A stretch of DNA of 64,000 nt from a virus: the IMG/VR virus record IMGVR_UViG_3300031111_000001, positions 50,563 to 114,562 of that record. One strand, written 5' to 3'. The notes under the pieces were generated by a model that was given only the letters and a program-made list of their open reading frames with translations, did not search any database and was not told the origin of the DNA. Below are positions 54,901 through 64,000 of this stretch, in pieces (the stretch's first letter is position 1; each line of letters opens with the position of its first letter). The translations under genes were made by a program, and so were the position numbers.

Positions 54901-56858
54901 CGTGGACATCCTGCGCAGCCTCCGAGACAGGGCGCAGCACCTCACCCTGAACGTCATCAGGAAGAGGTAGCCATGGCGTTCACCAAACAAGACGCCCTGG
55001 ACATGCTGGCCGAGCATTGCGACATCCAGTCACCAGCCGAGCCGGGTGAAGGCCCGGTTGCGGCTGCGGCCAGGGAGCATCAGGACGCTATAGACTCCCT
55101 TGATGCTGCCCGGATGATTATCCGGGGCTACTTCGACAGCGTGCTGGCCGAGATCAGGGCGAAGAAAGCTCAAGAAACTACTTGACATTTCTGCCGGTTT
55201 GTGGGAGGGTGATTTCAACGCAACGAGATCACCCCAAACCGGAGACATCACCATGAAGAAGATCACCCCCAACGCCACCCTGATCGCAGCCATCAAGAAC
55301 GTCAACCCCATCGAGCGCAAGAACGCGATGATCGTGGCCGAACGTCTGGTCAATGAAAACTTCACCAAGCTGACCGCCTTTAACGACTTCGACGAGGCCA
55401 CCAACATCGAAATGGCGATGGACTCCGCTGCCTCCGAAATCACCTACTGCTTCGCGTAAGGGGGCGTCACCATGGAATCCATCATCGTCAAGTGCTGCAT
55501 GAACGGCTCCGACGTGACCAACTTCACGGACGGCAAGCTCTACAGGGCCACCAAGCCCCGGCCTGATCTGGCCGTGTACGAGATCAAGGACGACAACGGC
55601 CACGTCAAGGTTATCCTACCCGGCGAGAAGTCCCCGCATCTGGTGCGGCAGACCGACTTCAGGGGCTGGAGGACGCAGAAGCCTGTGGGCGTCTTTGAGG
55701 TGGTCACCCCCGAGTTCAAGTGCATCGAGTCCGAACAGTTCGCAGCCGGGCACATGCTGCCCATGGGCACGGGCTGGCGGGCCGAGGACCACGGGACGTG
55801 GCGCATCAAGGGCGTCGGCGGCATGGGCGAGTTCTTCAGGGGCTCCCTGGCCGACTGCAAGGCTTTCGTCGAAAGGATCGGGAGGTAGGCATGTCCGAAC
55901 CCATCTGGCAGAACCCCAAGGACATGCGCGTCTACAGGATTATCACCGAAAACGGAGACACATACGACTGGCAAGCCCTGGAGGCTGATCTGCGTGACCT
56001 GACCGGCTGGCGTCCCATGGGTCAGGATAACGTCGAAATCTTTCAAGACATGATTAAGCAGCACCAAACAATCCGCAACGTGTGCGGCAGTTTACTGTTG
56101 ATCACCAGGGTAGGGGTGTAGCCATGGGCTGTGGAGCAGACGCCATGCGCAACACGTTCAAGGACGACGAGATCAGGCAGCTTCGCCTGATCATCACCGG
56201 GCTGCACGCGACCATCCGTGAGGCCATCCAGGCCATCGACGAGGGCGACACGGACGAAGCCATCGAAATCCTGCAACTGGCCGTGGGAGACAAGCGAAAT
56301 GAGCATGATTGAGATCGTCGAGAGGGCAGGGGAGTTCGCCCACGGCGGCGACCCCATCCAGGCCGCAGCCGAGTGGGCCGAGTACGAGTTCACCGAAGAA
56401 GAGGCCGAGCGATGGCTCAAGTCCCGCTGCTTCGATCCGTGGTCAGCCAGCATCCTTGAGGACTGCGGCATCACCCCCGAACAGGTTGCCGCCGAGACGG
56501 ACCAGGGCATGGGCGACTATACGGACACCATCGGCTACAAGTACAGTAATATGGACTTGCCTCTGACGACTGTCGAGCGTATCGTGCGCCAGAACCACTG
56601 ATCCGCAGGAGCATCGCCATGAGCATCCACAAGAACTACAACCGCCTGTCCGTCGCAGAATGCGGGTACGTGAACGATCTGTTCAATCGTCTCATTCCAG
56701 AAATGCGCGAGGCCGGTATCGCGGTCAAGGGTGACGACAGAGCCGAACACGCTGTCGAGGCTATTGCCACATGGATCGTGGAGAGCGACGAAAAGACGCC
56801 CGTGGAGTCAAGAGACATATGGGAACGCGCCCGTGAGCAGGGTGATCTGGAAGGCTAA
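51923..56858 (+). other. run of small hypothetical early genes: 51923-52201, 52283-52510, 52520-52780, 52777-52989, 52991-53248, 53292-53528, 53530-53763, 53766-53966, 53966-54121, 54124-54285, 54297-54782, 54785-54970, 54973-55185, 55253-55459, 55472-55888, 55891-56121, 56124-56312, 56299-56601, 56619-56858
   Basis: Tightly packed or coupled + strand ORFs with SD sequences behind early promoters; many strongly acidic; none recognised. Confidence 0.7.
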
Positions 56859-56982
56859 TGTACACCATCCAGTGCCCAGAGTGCGGACAGCGCATAACCA
56901 TCACCCCTGATTGTCAGATTGGTGACAAAGAGCAACATCTTTACATGACCGAAGCGGCACTCAAGCAGCAGGGAGCAGAGAC

Positions 56983-57669
56983 ATGGACGAGTATTTGAAG
57001 GAAGCCATCGGTATCGTCAAGGCCCAGGCCAGCGTGCGCAACATGACCGAAGGCGAGATCACCGGCATGGTGCAGACCGTCGCCAAGGGCATCAAGGGGA
57101 TCGTGGAGGGCACACAGCCGACCACGCCCACTTTCACGGAAGCCCTTGGCCCCAAGCGGGCCATCAGGGAACGGTCTATCATCTGCCTGGAGTGCGGCAA
57201 GAGCTTCAAGATCATCACCAAAAGGCACCTCGCCATCCACGGCATGACCACGGACGAGTACAAGGCGAAACACGGCTACCCCCGTGCCACCGCGCTGATC
57301 TGCAAATCCCTCGCCCGAGATCGGCGCAAAAAGATAAACGACATGGCCCTGTGGGAGCGCACGGGCCGTTACCAGAAGGCCCAGGCCAAGGCCGAAAAGC
57401 TGACCGCCAAGGCCAAAGCCAAGGAGAAGGAGAAGGCCCAGGCCAAGCCGAAGGTCGAGACGAAGACTCGCAAGGCCAAGCCGAAGGCCACCGAGCCGGG
57501 CCGGATCACTTGTCTGGAGTGCGGACGCACCTTCAAGGCCATCACGGAGAGCCACCTCGCCACCCACGGCATGACCATCGAGGAGTACAAGCAGAAGTAC
57601 GGGTACACCACCACGGCCCCCTCGATCCTGGCCGGGCATGATCAGCGCGAAGACAAGACCGAAGCCTAG
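56983..57669 (+). CDS. mucR: MucR/Ros-family regulator with duplicated Zn-finger domain
   Basis: ICLECGKSFKIITKRHL-IHGMT-DEYK-K-GY twice; N-terminus EAIGIVKAQASVR-MT resembles Desulfovibrio-type MucR. Confidence 0.85.
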   Translation: MDEYLKEAIGIVKAQASVRNMTEGEITGMVQTVAKGIKGIVEGTQPTTPTFTEALGPKRAIRERSIICLECGKSFKIITKRHLAIHGMTTDEYKAKHGYPRATALICKSLARDRRKKINDMALWERTGRYQKAQAKAEKLTAKAKAKEKEKAQAKPKVETKTRKAKPKATEPGRITCLECGRTFKAITESHLATHGMTIEEYKQKYGYTTTAPSILAGHDQREDKTEA

Positions 57670-57680
57670 ACTCCACAAAC

Positions 57681-57720
57681 AGGTTGCGCAGGAAATGATT
57701 TTTTCCTGCGCAACCTTTTT
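57681..57720 (+). terminator. intrinsic terminator
   Basis: AGGTTGCGCAGGAAA...TTTCCTGCGCAACCT followed by a T-run. Confidence 0.75.
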
Positions 57721-57756
57721 CTTGACATTATTGCGATGGTAATGTAAAACGACCTC

Positions 57757-58053
57757 ATGATTCAGAGCATAAACCACAAGGGCCTAGCGGCCTTACACAG
57801 GCGAGGGAGCAGCAAGGGCGTCCAACAAAACCATGTCCGCAAGCTGCACACCATCCTCAAGAAGCTGGACAAAGCCCGACATCCATCTGACATGGGTTTC
57901 CCCGGCTCCGGGCTGCACCGCATGACGCATGTCAGCGAGTGGGCTGGGTTCTGGTCGGTCAAGGTGAACGGAAACTACCGCATCCTGTTTCAATGGGAAA
58001 ACGGCCACGCCCGCAACGTCTGCTATGAAGATATCCACCGAGGGAGGCCATAG
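57757..58053 (+). CDS. higB: HigB/RelE-ParE family toxin
   Basis: MIQSINHKGL...L-KLD-A...PG-GLH...WSVKVNGNYRILFQW...YEDIH. Confidence 0.85.
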   Translation: MIQSINHKGLAALHRRGSSKGVQQNHVRKLHTILKKLDKARHPSDMGFPGSGLHRMTHVSEWAGFWSVKVNGNYRILFQWENGHARNVCYEDIHRGRP

Positions 58054-58310
58054 TGCAATACACATCCAACGCCGAATGGCCCGACTGCGTGAATCTGGGC
58101 AAGACGCCCAACGTCTCTACAGACGAGCATGACAACGCGGCCCAGGCCCAGAGCGTCTGCGACAGGCTGGAGCGCGAGGGCTTGGGCGGTGAACATCAGA
58201 TTTTCCCCATCCGAACGTGGGTGGAACAAACCACCTCCGGGGGTGGTATTGAACAGGGGGGTGGTTTTGCAGAAGGGGGTGCCCCCATAGACGACGAGCA
58301 GGGCACCTGA
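58053..58310 (+). CDS. hypothetical protein
   Basis: RBS GGAGG; no HTH. Confidence 0.55.
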   Translation: MQYTSNAEWPDCVNLGKTPNVSTDEHDNAAQAQSVCDRLEREGLGGEHQIFPIRTWVEQTTSGGGIEQGGGFAEGGAPIDDEQGT

Positions 58311-58603
58311 GAGGCCGCAGGAGCGTGTTTAACAGAAAAGACGACTAAGGGGTTGCGGTGAACCACCAGAACGCGATACAGACGATTTGTGAGTCCCAGC
58401 GGCGAGTGAGCGGCCAGGGGCCACGGCACCGGGGTGGTTTTACCCTGCCGCCCCGGTGTCTCTTGACTGAAGGCGAATTGGATATTATCAGACTTTCACG
58501 GGTTTCTCCACGGTTTGGGTTACCCGTTGCGTTACCCCGGCAGGGCGTCGTGTCCTGCCGGGGATTCTCATTCTGAATTCGCGAATCATGAATGGAGGGC
58601 ACC

Positions 58604-58813
58604 ATGGAAGATCAGCACGCACAGATCGCCGCCCTGGAACAGCAGCTTGCCGACGTGACCGCACTCAAGGATCGCCTTGGCCGTCAGGTTGACCTCGCCG
58701 TCGAGGGGCTGGACATCATCAGGGAAGCCGCGCAGGACGCCAAGGCCGACACCGTGATCGAGGTGGTGGACAACCTCTCCGCCGAGATCACCAGACTCCA
58801 GCAGGACCAGTAG
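58604..58813 (+). CDS. small coiled-coil protein
   Basis: RBS GGAGG; followed by terminator-like hairpin about 58855-58897. Confidence 0.6.
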   Translation: MEDQHAQIAALEQQLADVTALKDRLGRQVDLAVEGLDIIREAAQDAKADTVIEVVDNLSAEITRLQQDQ

Positions 58814-59319
58814 CAAAGAGCCACGCCCCAACACCACGCCAAACCAATAGCAAACGGCCCGGCCAGCCTCCTTCGGGAAGCCAGCCGGGCCGTTTCTCGT
58901 TTCCGTTGCCGAAAAAATTTGACCAGAGCAATATACATGCGCGAGGGAAAGGACCAGTTCGTCAGATTTATTCCGAATAATTCCTATTAGGCTATTTTCA
59001 GAAATCCTAGAAACTCTTTTTGGGCACTGCGGCCCTGTCACTTCTCCGTGTCACTTGCACGGGCCGTGCTACCATGCGCGGGGTGGCGTAACACGAATGC
59101 CTGACCGTTCAAATTGGATATCGTGTCACGTCCAGCCCGTGCCGTATCACGCCGTGGCATTACCTATCGGGCTTGTCGGATACCGTTGGGGCTATCCGAG
59201 CGGTCCCATGGGATATACCCGATAGGGCCGGGGCTGGCGCGGGGCTACCCGAGCAATTTTGTCGGATACCGCTGGAACCGTAGCACGATAAGCCCGGCAC
59301 GTAACACGGCCCGTCAATT

Positions 59320-59335
59320 TGGCACGGCATTTGCT
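59320..59335 (+). promoter_or_regulatory. sigma54 (-24/-12) promoter-like site
   Basis: TGGCACG-GCAT-TTGCT matches the consensus; second site TGGCACG-CTAT-TTGAT at 59551-59566. Confidence 0.55.
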
Positions 59336-59837
59336 TTTAAGGCCGGTTTTTCCTTGCGAAGTGAAGAAAAAAATCTTTTTCCTTGACAACGCAATAAAAG
59401 GGGCTGGCGGGCCGTCTGGCGCAATTGACACGCTCGCGCATACCTTTATATCAAACCTTTCTTTAAAATTGCAGCACGGACGATTTGACCCCGGAACCCG
59501 CGCCAGACGTGGGTTCCGGGGTTGTCAAGCAAAATAATGACTTTTTGCTTTGGCACGCTATTTGATTGTCAAAGAACAATCCCAGCCCCGTATATATGGA
59601 CAATGGGCAAGGGGAACAGGCCAGAACGGACAATACCTAGCACGGGCCGGGCAATATGGGGCAAAATAACAGAACAGGGGCTATTCTGCCGGTTGAATTT
59701 TCAATCATTGCGAGGGGTTGCGAAAAATTCACAATATATTGCAATAAGGGGTTGTTCTTTCTTTCGGCCTGATATAAGAATGTTTCCAGACGCCACCGGC
59801 CCGCCAAGGGCCACAACACAAAAGAGGAGCTAAAACA

Positions 59838-60454
59838 ATGACTTATGAACAACGCTTGATCAATTCCCGGCTTGCTGTCCTTACCGCAGGGGACGCCCGC
59901 GTGATTCGTGCCCATCAAGAAACAATCATCACAGCCGAAGACGGCCAGACGCGCAAGGGGAAGGAATACGGATACGCTTGCACAGACGACTACAGGCCCG
60001 GCTTTGTGGCCTGGGGAGCAACCCCGGCAGACGCGGCCCGCGCCGCTGGTTTTTGTCTGTCCATGCCCGCCAATATTGAAGCATAGCAACGCAACCCAAA
60101 CCGAAGGAGCTAGAACAATGTCCGAACAAGCCCGCCTTGCCTTGATCAAGTCCCTGTACGTGTCCTGTTCCAAGTATGGCGGAATGTTGGCCGCATTGAA
60201 TGACGCCCGCCACGCCATGCCCGCCACCATGGCCGACGATGAAACTGAAGGGGGCAATTAAAATGACCCGTACCGCATACGCTGCCGAACGTGCCGCCCG
60301 GAAAGCCCGTATCGCCATGCGCAAGGAATTACGCAAGGCCTTGAACGGGGCTACCCGTCCGAATACCCGCGCCATTGTGCGCGAGGAAAAACGCGAGGCC
60401 CGCGCCATGGCATGCCTAGACAGTGAATTTGCCAGACTGGACGCCCGGAGCTAG
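59838..60454 (+). other. three small hypothetical genes (59838-60086, 60118-60261, 60263-60454)
   Basis: SD sequences; shared leader AGGAGCTA(A/G)AACAATG before the first two. Confidence 0.6.
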
Positions 60455-60488
60455 AACAACCCAAAGCCCGAAAAAGGGGGACATAACA

Positions 60489-61307
60489 ATGATTAACTAT
60501 CGCGCAATTTTCCGGCCCATGAACGGAGAAAAGCAAGAAAAGATTGTATCGGCCCGTAATGTACTGGCCGCAAAAGGCAAGGCTTCCCGTCTGTTCTTTG
60601 TCGGGTCTACAGAATTTCTCGACTTGGCCGACTGGCAAGGGGACGTAATTTGTTCCAAGGATGTTTTCGGGTGGACCGACAACCCCGCATACAAGGAAAA
60701 GAAACAGGCCTTAGAGGATATCCGCACGGAACTAAACAACGCGGCCACGTATCCGGGGGACGCGGGAAAATACAGCATTCGGGGTTGCACCATTGAAATA
60801 ATGCGCGACGATGATCCTTGGAACCCTCGCGAGGAACAAGACAACGCGGGCCGTATGGTTTGTTTGCATCGGCGCTATACGCTTGGGGACGCGCATGAAC
60901 TGTATACGCCCGAACAAATGACGGCAGAAGTAAACACGGAACAAAAAAGGGGTGGCGTTGTGTTGCCCTTGTTCCTGTATGATCATTCCGGCTTAACCAT
61001 GAATACAACGGGTTTTGACTGCCAATGGGACTCCGGGCAAGTCGGATATATTTATATGACTGCCAATGCTATTCGCTTTGAATATGGAGTAAAGCGGATA
61101 TCCGCCAAAACCCGTGCCCGTGCCTTGAATTTGCTACGTGCCGAAGTCGCGACATATGACGCATACTTGCGGGGGGACGTGTACGGCTACACGATACAAC
61201 CCCCGGACGGCGAAGAAGAGTCGCGTTTCGGGTTTTATGGGCTGGAATATATGCTTGAAGAATTGACGTATACCATATATGCGGCCAGCCGGGCCGTGGA
61301 CGCATAA
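60489..61307 (+). CDS. hypothetical protein (WDSGQVG-motif domain)
   Basis: NPRE-DN-G-M-C-H-RY-LGD, LP-FLYDHSG, WDSGQVG, YL-GDVYGY, GFYG pattern seen in mobile-element proteins. Confidence 0.7.
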   Translation: MINYRAIFRPMNGEKQEKIVSARNVLAAKGKASRLFFVGSTEFLDLADWQGDVICSKDVFGWTDNPAYKEKKQALEDIRTELNNAATYPGDAGKYSIRGCTIEIMRDDDPWNPREEQDNAGRMVCLHRRYTLGDAHELYTPEQMTAEVNTEQKRGGVVLPLFLYDHSGLTMNTTGFDCQWDSGQVGYIYMTANAIRFEYGVKRISAKTRARALNLLRAEVATYDAYLRGDVYGYTIQPPDGEEESRFGFYGLEYMLEELTYTIYAASRAVDA

Positions 61308-61317
61308 GGGGGACGCC

Positions 61318-62187
61318 ATGAATAGCAATATCACATACCATGAATTACTAGCCGAATATCGCCTTATAGGTGACGACGGCGACGGCTACGGGACATGCAT
61401 GAAGTGGTTTTTTGCCGTTGCAAATGAACTGGACAGACGCAACCTTATCTGCCCGGACCATTGGCAATATCGGCCTTCACCATTCGGCCCGGAAAAGCCC
61501 GAAGATTACGAACAAGAAATATGCTCCCAAGCAACCGAAAAGGCCTTGATTGCATTCGGCAACATGCTGGAAAGATACTACAGGCTTTTGAAAGCCGCTG
61601 GAATGGACTATTAACGCAATGCGAGGGGACAACGCCATGACACGCAAGGAATATGAGGCCTATCTGGCCCGTTTTGAATCTTTTATGGAACAAAACGATA
61701 TATCAAGCTTTTCCGCACAAGGGGAACCATTCTTTTCCGCGTCGCCTTGCGAGGTATGCGGAAGCAAGTTAGGGGGCAACCGCTACCAGTGCAACGCCAT
61801 ACAAAGCGAAACAGGGGACATAATTACCTTCAATGCTTGTGTCGATTGCGTTTACTTCGTGGACATGGGCCAGCTTGACGATATGACCATGTTGTCCACT
61901 GAAGAAAGCGAATAGGCCCCATGAAATATCAATATCTTACATGCTGCGTTGATAGCACGGCGGAAGCAATTGACGCCATGACAGAACAGGCCCGGCAAAT
62001 CACGGCCCGGACATTCTTTAAGCACGTTTCCCGAGCCGAAGTGATAGACCGTTTTGGATATTCCCGCATGGGATTGAAGCCCGAAAACGACTATGCCGTT
62101 TCATTTTGGAAAAGCAAATACAAGGGCATGCCCTGTTATTACATGGAACATTCCCGCATTGAATATATCTGGACAGTCCAGAACTAA
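61318..62187 (+). other. three hypothetical genes (61318-61614, 61637-61915 with CEVC/CVDC Zn finger, 61921-62187)
   Basis: Packed ORFs with SD sequences. Confidence 0.65.
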
Positions 62188-62226
62188 CCACCATTCAACC
62201 CAAACAACGCAACGCAACCCAAACCA

Positions 62227-62949
62227 ATGGAGCAAAACGCCATGCTTGAATCTATCAAAACAACCGCCGTCAATAGCTGGAATGACGTTCTTTCCTTTTG
62301 CGCCGATATCGGCATGTTTTGTATCAATCGGCCCGTTTCAACCTGTGCGCATCGGACCCCGTTTTGCGTCAATTGTTACAATAATAAATTATACAAACTG
62401 TACAAAAACATGCAAGGCAGGGACGCCAAAAACGAATATGCATGGCGCAACCTGCCAGCCGTGGACCTTTTCAAATGCCTTTCTCGAAAGCACACAAGGC
62501 AGACAAAGCGCTTCCGCCTTATGTCCAGAGGTGAGGCCTTTTCGACTCTTGCGGACTTCCCCCGCGTTGCATCCATACTAGAACAGGCAAAAAGGGCCGG
62601 GGTTTTTGTTTGGGTTCCAACGCGGGCATGGCGCAACGCCGATTTTCTGCCTGAACTGTTCAAATTGAAAAAACAATACAGGGAGCATGCCCGCATCCTT
62701 TGCAGCACGGACCCGACAACCTTTGAAAACGTGGCCGATATGGCGCAATTGAATATTGCAGTAAATGATATGGGATTCAGCACCATGTTTTACGGGGACA
62801 ACGCCCGACGTTCATTTACCATCGGCGGTATCCAGCACGACATGGCGGAATGCAAAAAGACTCACAAGCATATAAAAGGGGCCTGTGCTACGTGCCGTAA
62901 TGCCTGTTTTTCCAGGGAGCAACGGCATATCCATTTGAAGCAACATTAA
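62227..62949 (+). CDS. GP88-like Cys-rich (radical-SAM-like Fe-S) protein
   Basis: TC-x6-CVNCY, FRLMSRGE, WVPTR, C-terminal C...CATCRNAC. Confidence 0.6.
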   Translation: MEQNAMLESIKTTAVNSWNDVLSFCADIGMFCINRPVSTCAHRTPFCVNCYNNKLYKLYKNMQGRDAKNEYAWRNLPAVDLFKCLSRKHTRQTKRFRLMSRGEAFSTLADFPRVASILEQAKRAGVFVWVPTRAWRNADFLPELFKLKKQYREHARILCSTDPTTFENVADMAQLNIAVNDMGFSTMFYGDNARRSFTIGGIQHDMAECKKTHKHIKGACATCRNACFSREQRHIHLKQH

Positions 62950-62968
62950 ACCGGGAAAGCAAAACGCC

Positions 62969-63169
62969 ATGCATGCCAGTACAAACAACCGGAACACGGC
63001 AGGGGCTTTGCAGTTCATACATGGTCGCAATACGTCTATCAGGGATGCCGCAAAAACCCTGTGCGCCGAAGGCAAGCAAAACGCCCGTTTTATTATGGTC
63101 TATCCTTCGGGCAAAACAGAATGGATACACAACGGGGACCGCGTAACAGTTCACAAACAATGGAACTAG
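62969..63169 (+). CDS. hypothetical protein
   Basis: Last ORF before terminator. Confidence 0.5.
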   Translation: MHASTNNRNTAGALQFIHGRNTSIRDAAKTLCAEGKQNARFIMVYPSGKTEWIHNGDRVTVHKQWN

Positions 63170-63200
63170 AACAAATTCCTTCCCACTAAAGGGAAAATAC

Positions 63201-63229
63201 AAGGCCGGGCATAAAACCCCGGCCTTTTT
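63201..63229 (+). terminator. intrinsic terminator
   Basis: AAGGCCGGG...CCCGGCCTT followed by a T-run. Confidence 0.75.
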
Positions 63230-64000
63230 GCGTCCTGAACCCGTCCACGGCAAAGGAAACAACCTGGAACCCTACCAGCACAAAGCCCCCTTATTCGGGA
63301 TTATTACGAATAAGAAATAAGAATAATTCCGAATAAATCCCCTATGCATGGGCATGGCCTATTTAAGGCACCCCATAGGCCCTGTATTGCGTTTTCAACC
63401 CAAACCCATACACGGACAAGGGATAGACAAGGGAAAGCATCACAAGGGCCTGTCAGGGGCATATATGAGTATGCTAGGCATGCCCATGCTACCAGTTCCA
63501 AGGGACAAGGGATAGACAAGAGGGAACAACCCCAGAAGAACAGGCATGCCGTGTTGGTAGGTTGCCCGTTGTCCCATGGGTTGCGTGCCAGTGGGTTGCC
63601 CTTTGGGGTTGCTTTGGGGTTGTCGGATGATTGCAAGGTGGCGTGCTGGTAGGTTGCCCGTTGGGTTGCTGGGTTGCGGGAAGGCCGTCAATTACGGCAC
63701 ATTGCGACAACCCCCGACTATTGGACCGGGGGGCCTGAAACGCCAAAGGGGGCAACAGAAAAGCCCGGAAAATGCGACACGATAGGACAGGAAAACGGCC
63801 CTTTTTTGCGTCCTATCGCCATGTAACGTAGCACGGTCCCAGCACGGGAACAGGGACAACCCCAGCACAGGAACAGGCCTGGAACAGGGACACCGTGGCG
63901 GGGCAACGCCCGGCCCGGCAACTGTCCCTTGTGCTGAAACGCAAAGGAATCAGCACAGGGGGCATACAGGAATAGTGAAGGATTGCAGGTGGTTAATATG
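63230..64000. repeat. non-coding region with short direct repeats (possible genome terminus)
   Basis: GGACAAGGGATAGACAAG at 63414 and 63503; TGGTAGGTTGCCCGTTG at 63555 and 63647; many GGGTTG units. Confidence 0.6.

Larger units (their letters stand above)
39762..57750 (+). promoter_or_regulatory. family of about 14 host sigma70-type early promoters
   Basis: TTGAC(A/T) at 39762, 40953, 42319, 42726, 43425, 45191, 45537, 46991, 47929, 48422, 52217, 53226, 55182, 57722; most have an A-rich UP element and many are followed by (C)AACGCAACG. Confidence 0.8.

Noticed and set aside
688-57777. Long antisense ORFs (e.g. 688-1974, 3399-4730, 16085-17767, 25905-27434, 32372-33592, 49175-50359)
   Set aside because: These are shadow frames of real GC3-rich genes on the opposite strand.
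57757-58310. Canonical higBA toxin-antitoxin operon
   Set aside because: The downstream ORF lacks the XRE HTH of HigA.

Overview
This window is part of a large dsDNA bacteriophage genome, probably infecting a Desulfovibrio-like deltaproteobacterium (inferred from the MucR sequence type). No capsid, tail, terminase or integrase genes are visible. From left to right: (i) 1-3170, a minus-strand operon in which about 1.2 kb of small structured RNAs precedes a DUF2828 (TROVE/Ro60-like + vWA) gene and a second vWA gene; (ii) 3.4-22.5 kb, a replication/recombination module (SPFH, RuvC, SbcC/SbcD, minimal kinase, ATP-dependent DNA ligase, RecA, putative SSB, UvsY-like, DnaE with a UDG-like tail, SF2 helicase, candidate origin, DnaB); (iii) 22.6-35 kb, Rha, an RNA-repair cluster (DRB0094-type RNA ligase, RtcB, CCA-adding/HD, RlaP-like nucleotidyltransferase), 5'-3' exonuclease and primase; (iv) 36-39.7 kb, CobT/CobS-like genes and a phage sigma factor; (v) 39.8-58.8 kb, dozens of small early genes behind about 14 repeated host-type promoters, plus MucR and an orphan HigB; (vi) 58.9-64 kb, a compositionally distinct, probably terminal/pre-early block. 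The main finding is the RNA array. Six RNA units plus the DUF2828 mRNA leader share one architecture: an 8-nt 5' stem strand, then UUCAGCAA, a variable insert, the complementary 3' strand and a G. Three inserts are circularly permuted tRNA-like folds (YrlA/Y-RNA-like). The seventh copy pairs with the DUF2828 start codon. Together this suggests an undescribed, autoregulated Ro60/Y-RNA-like ribonucleoprotein system linked to phage RNA repair. All family assignments come from motif recognition by eye; no database searches were run.
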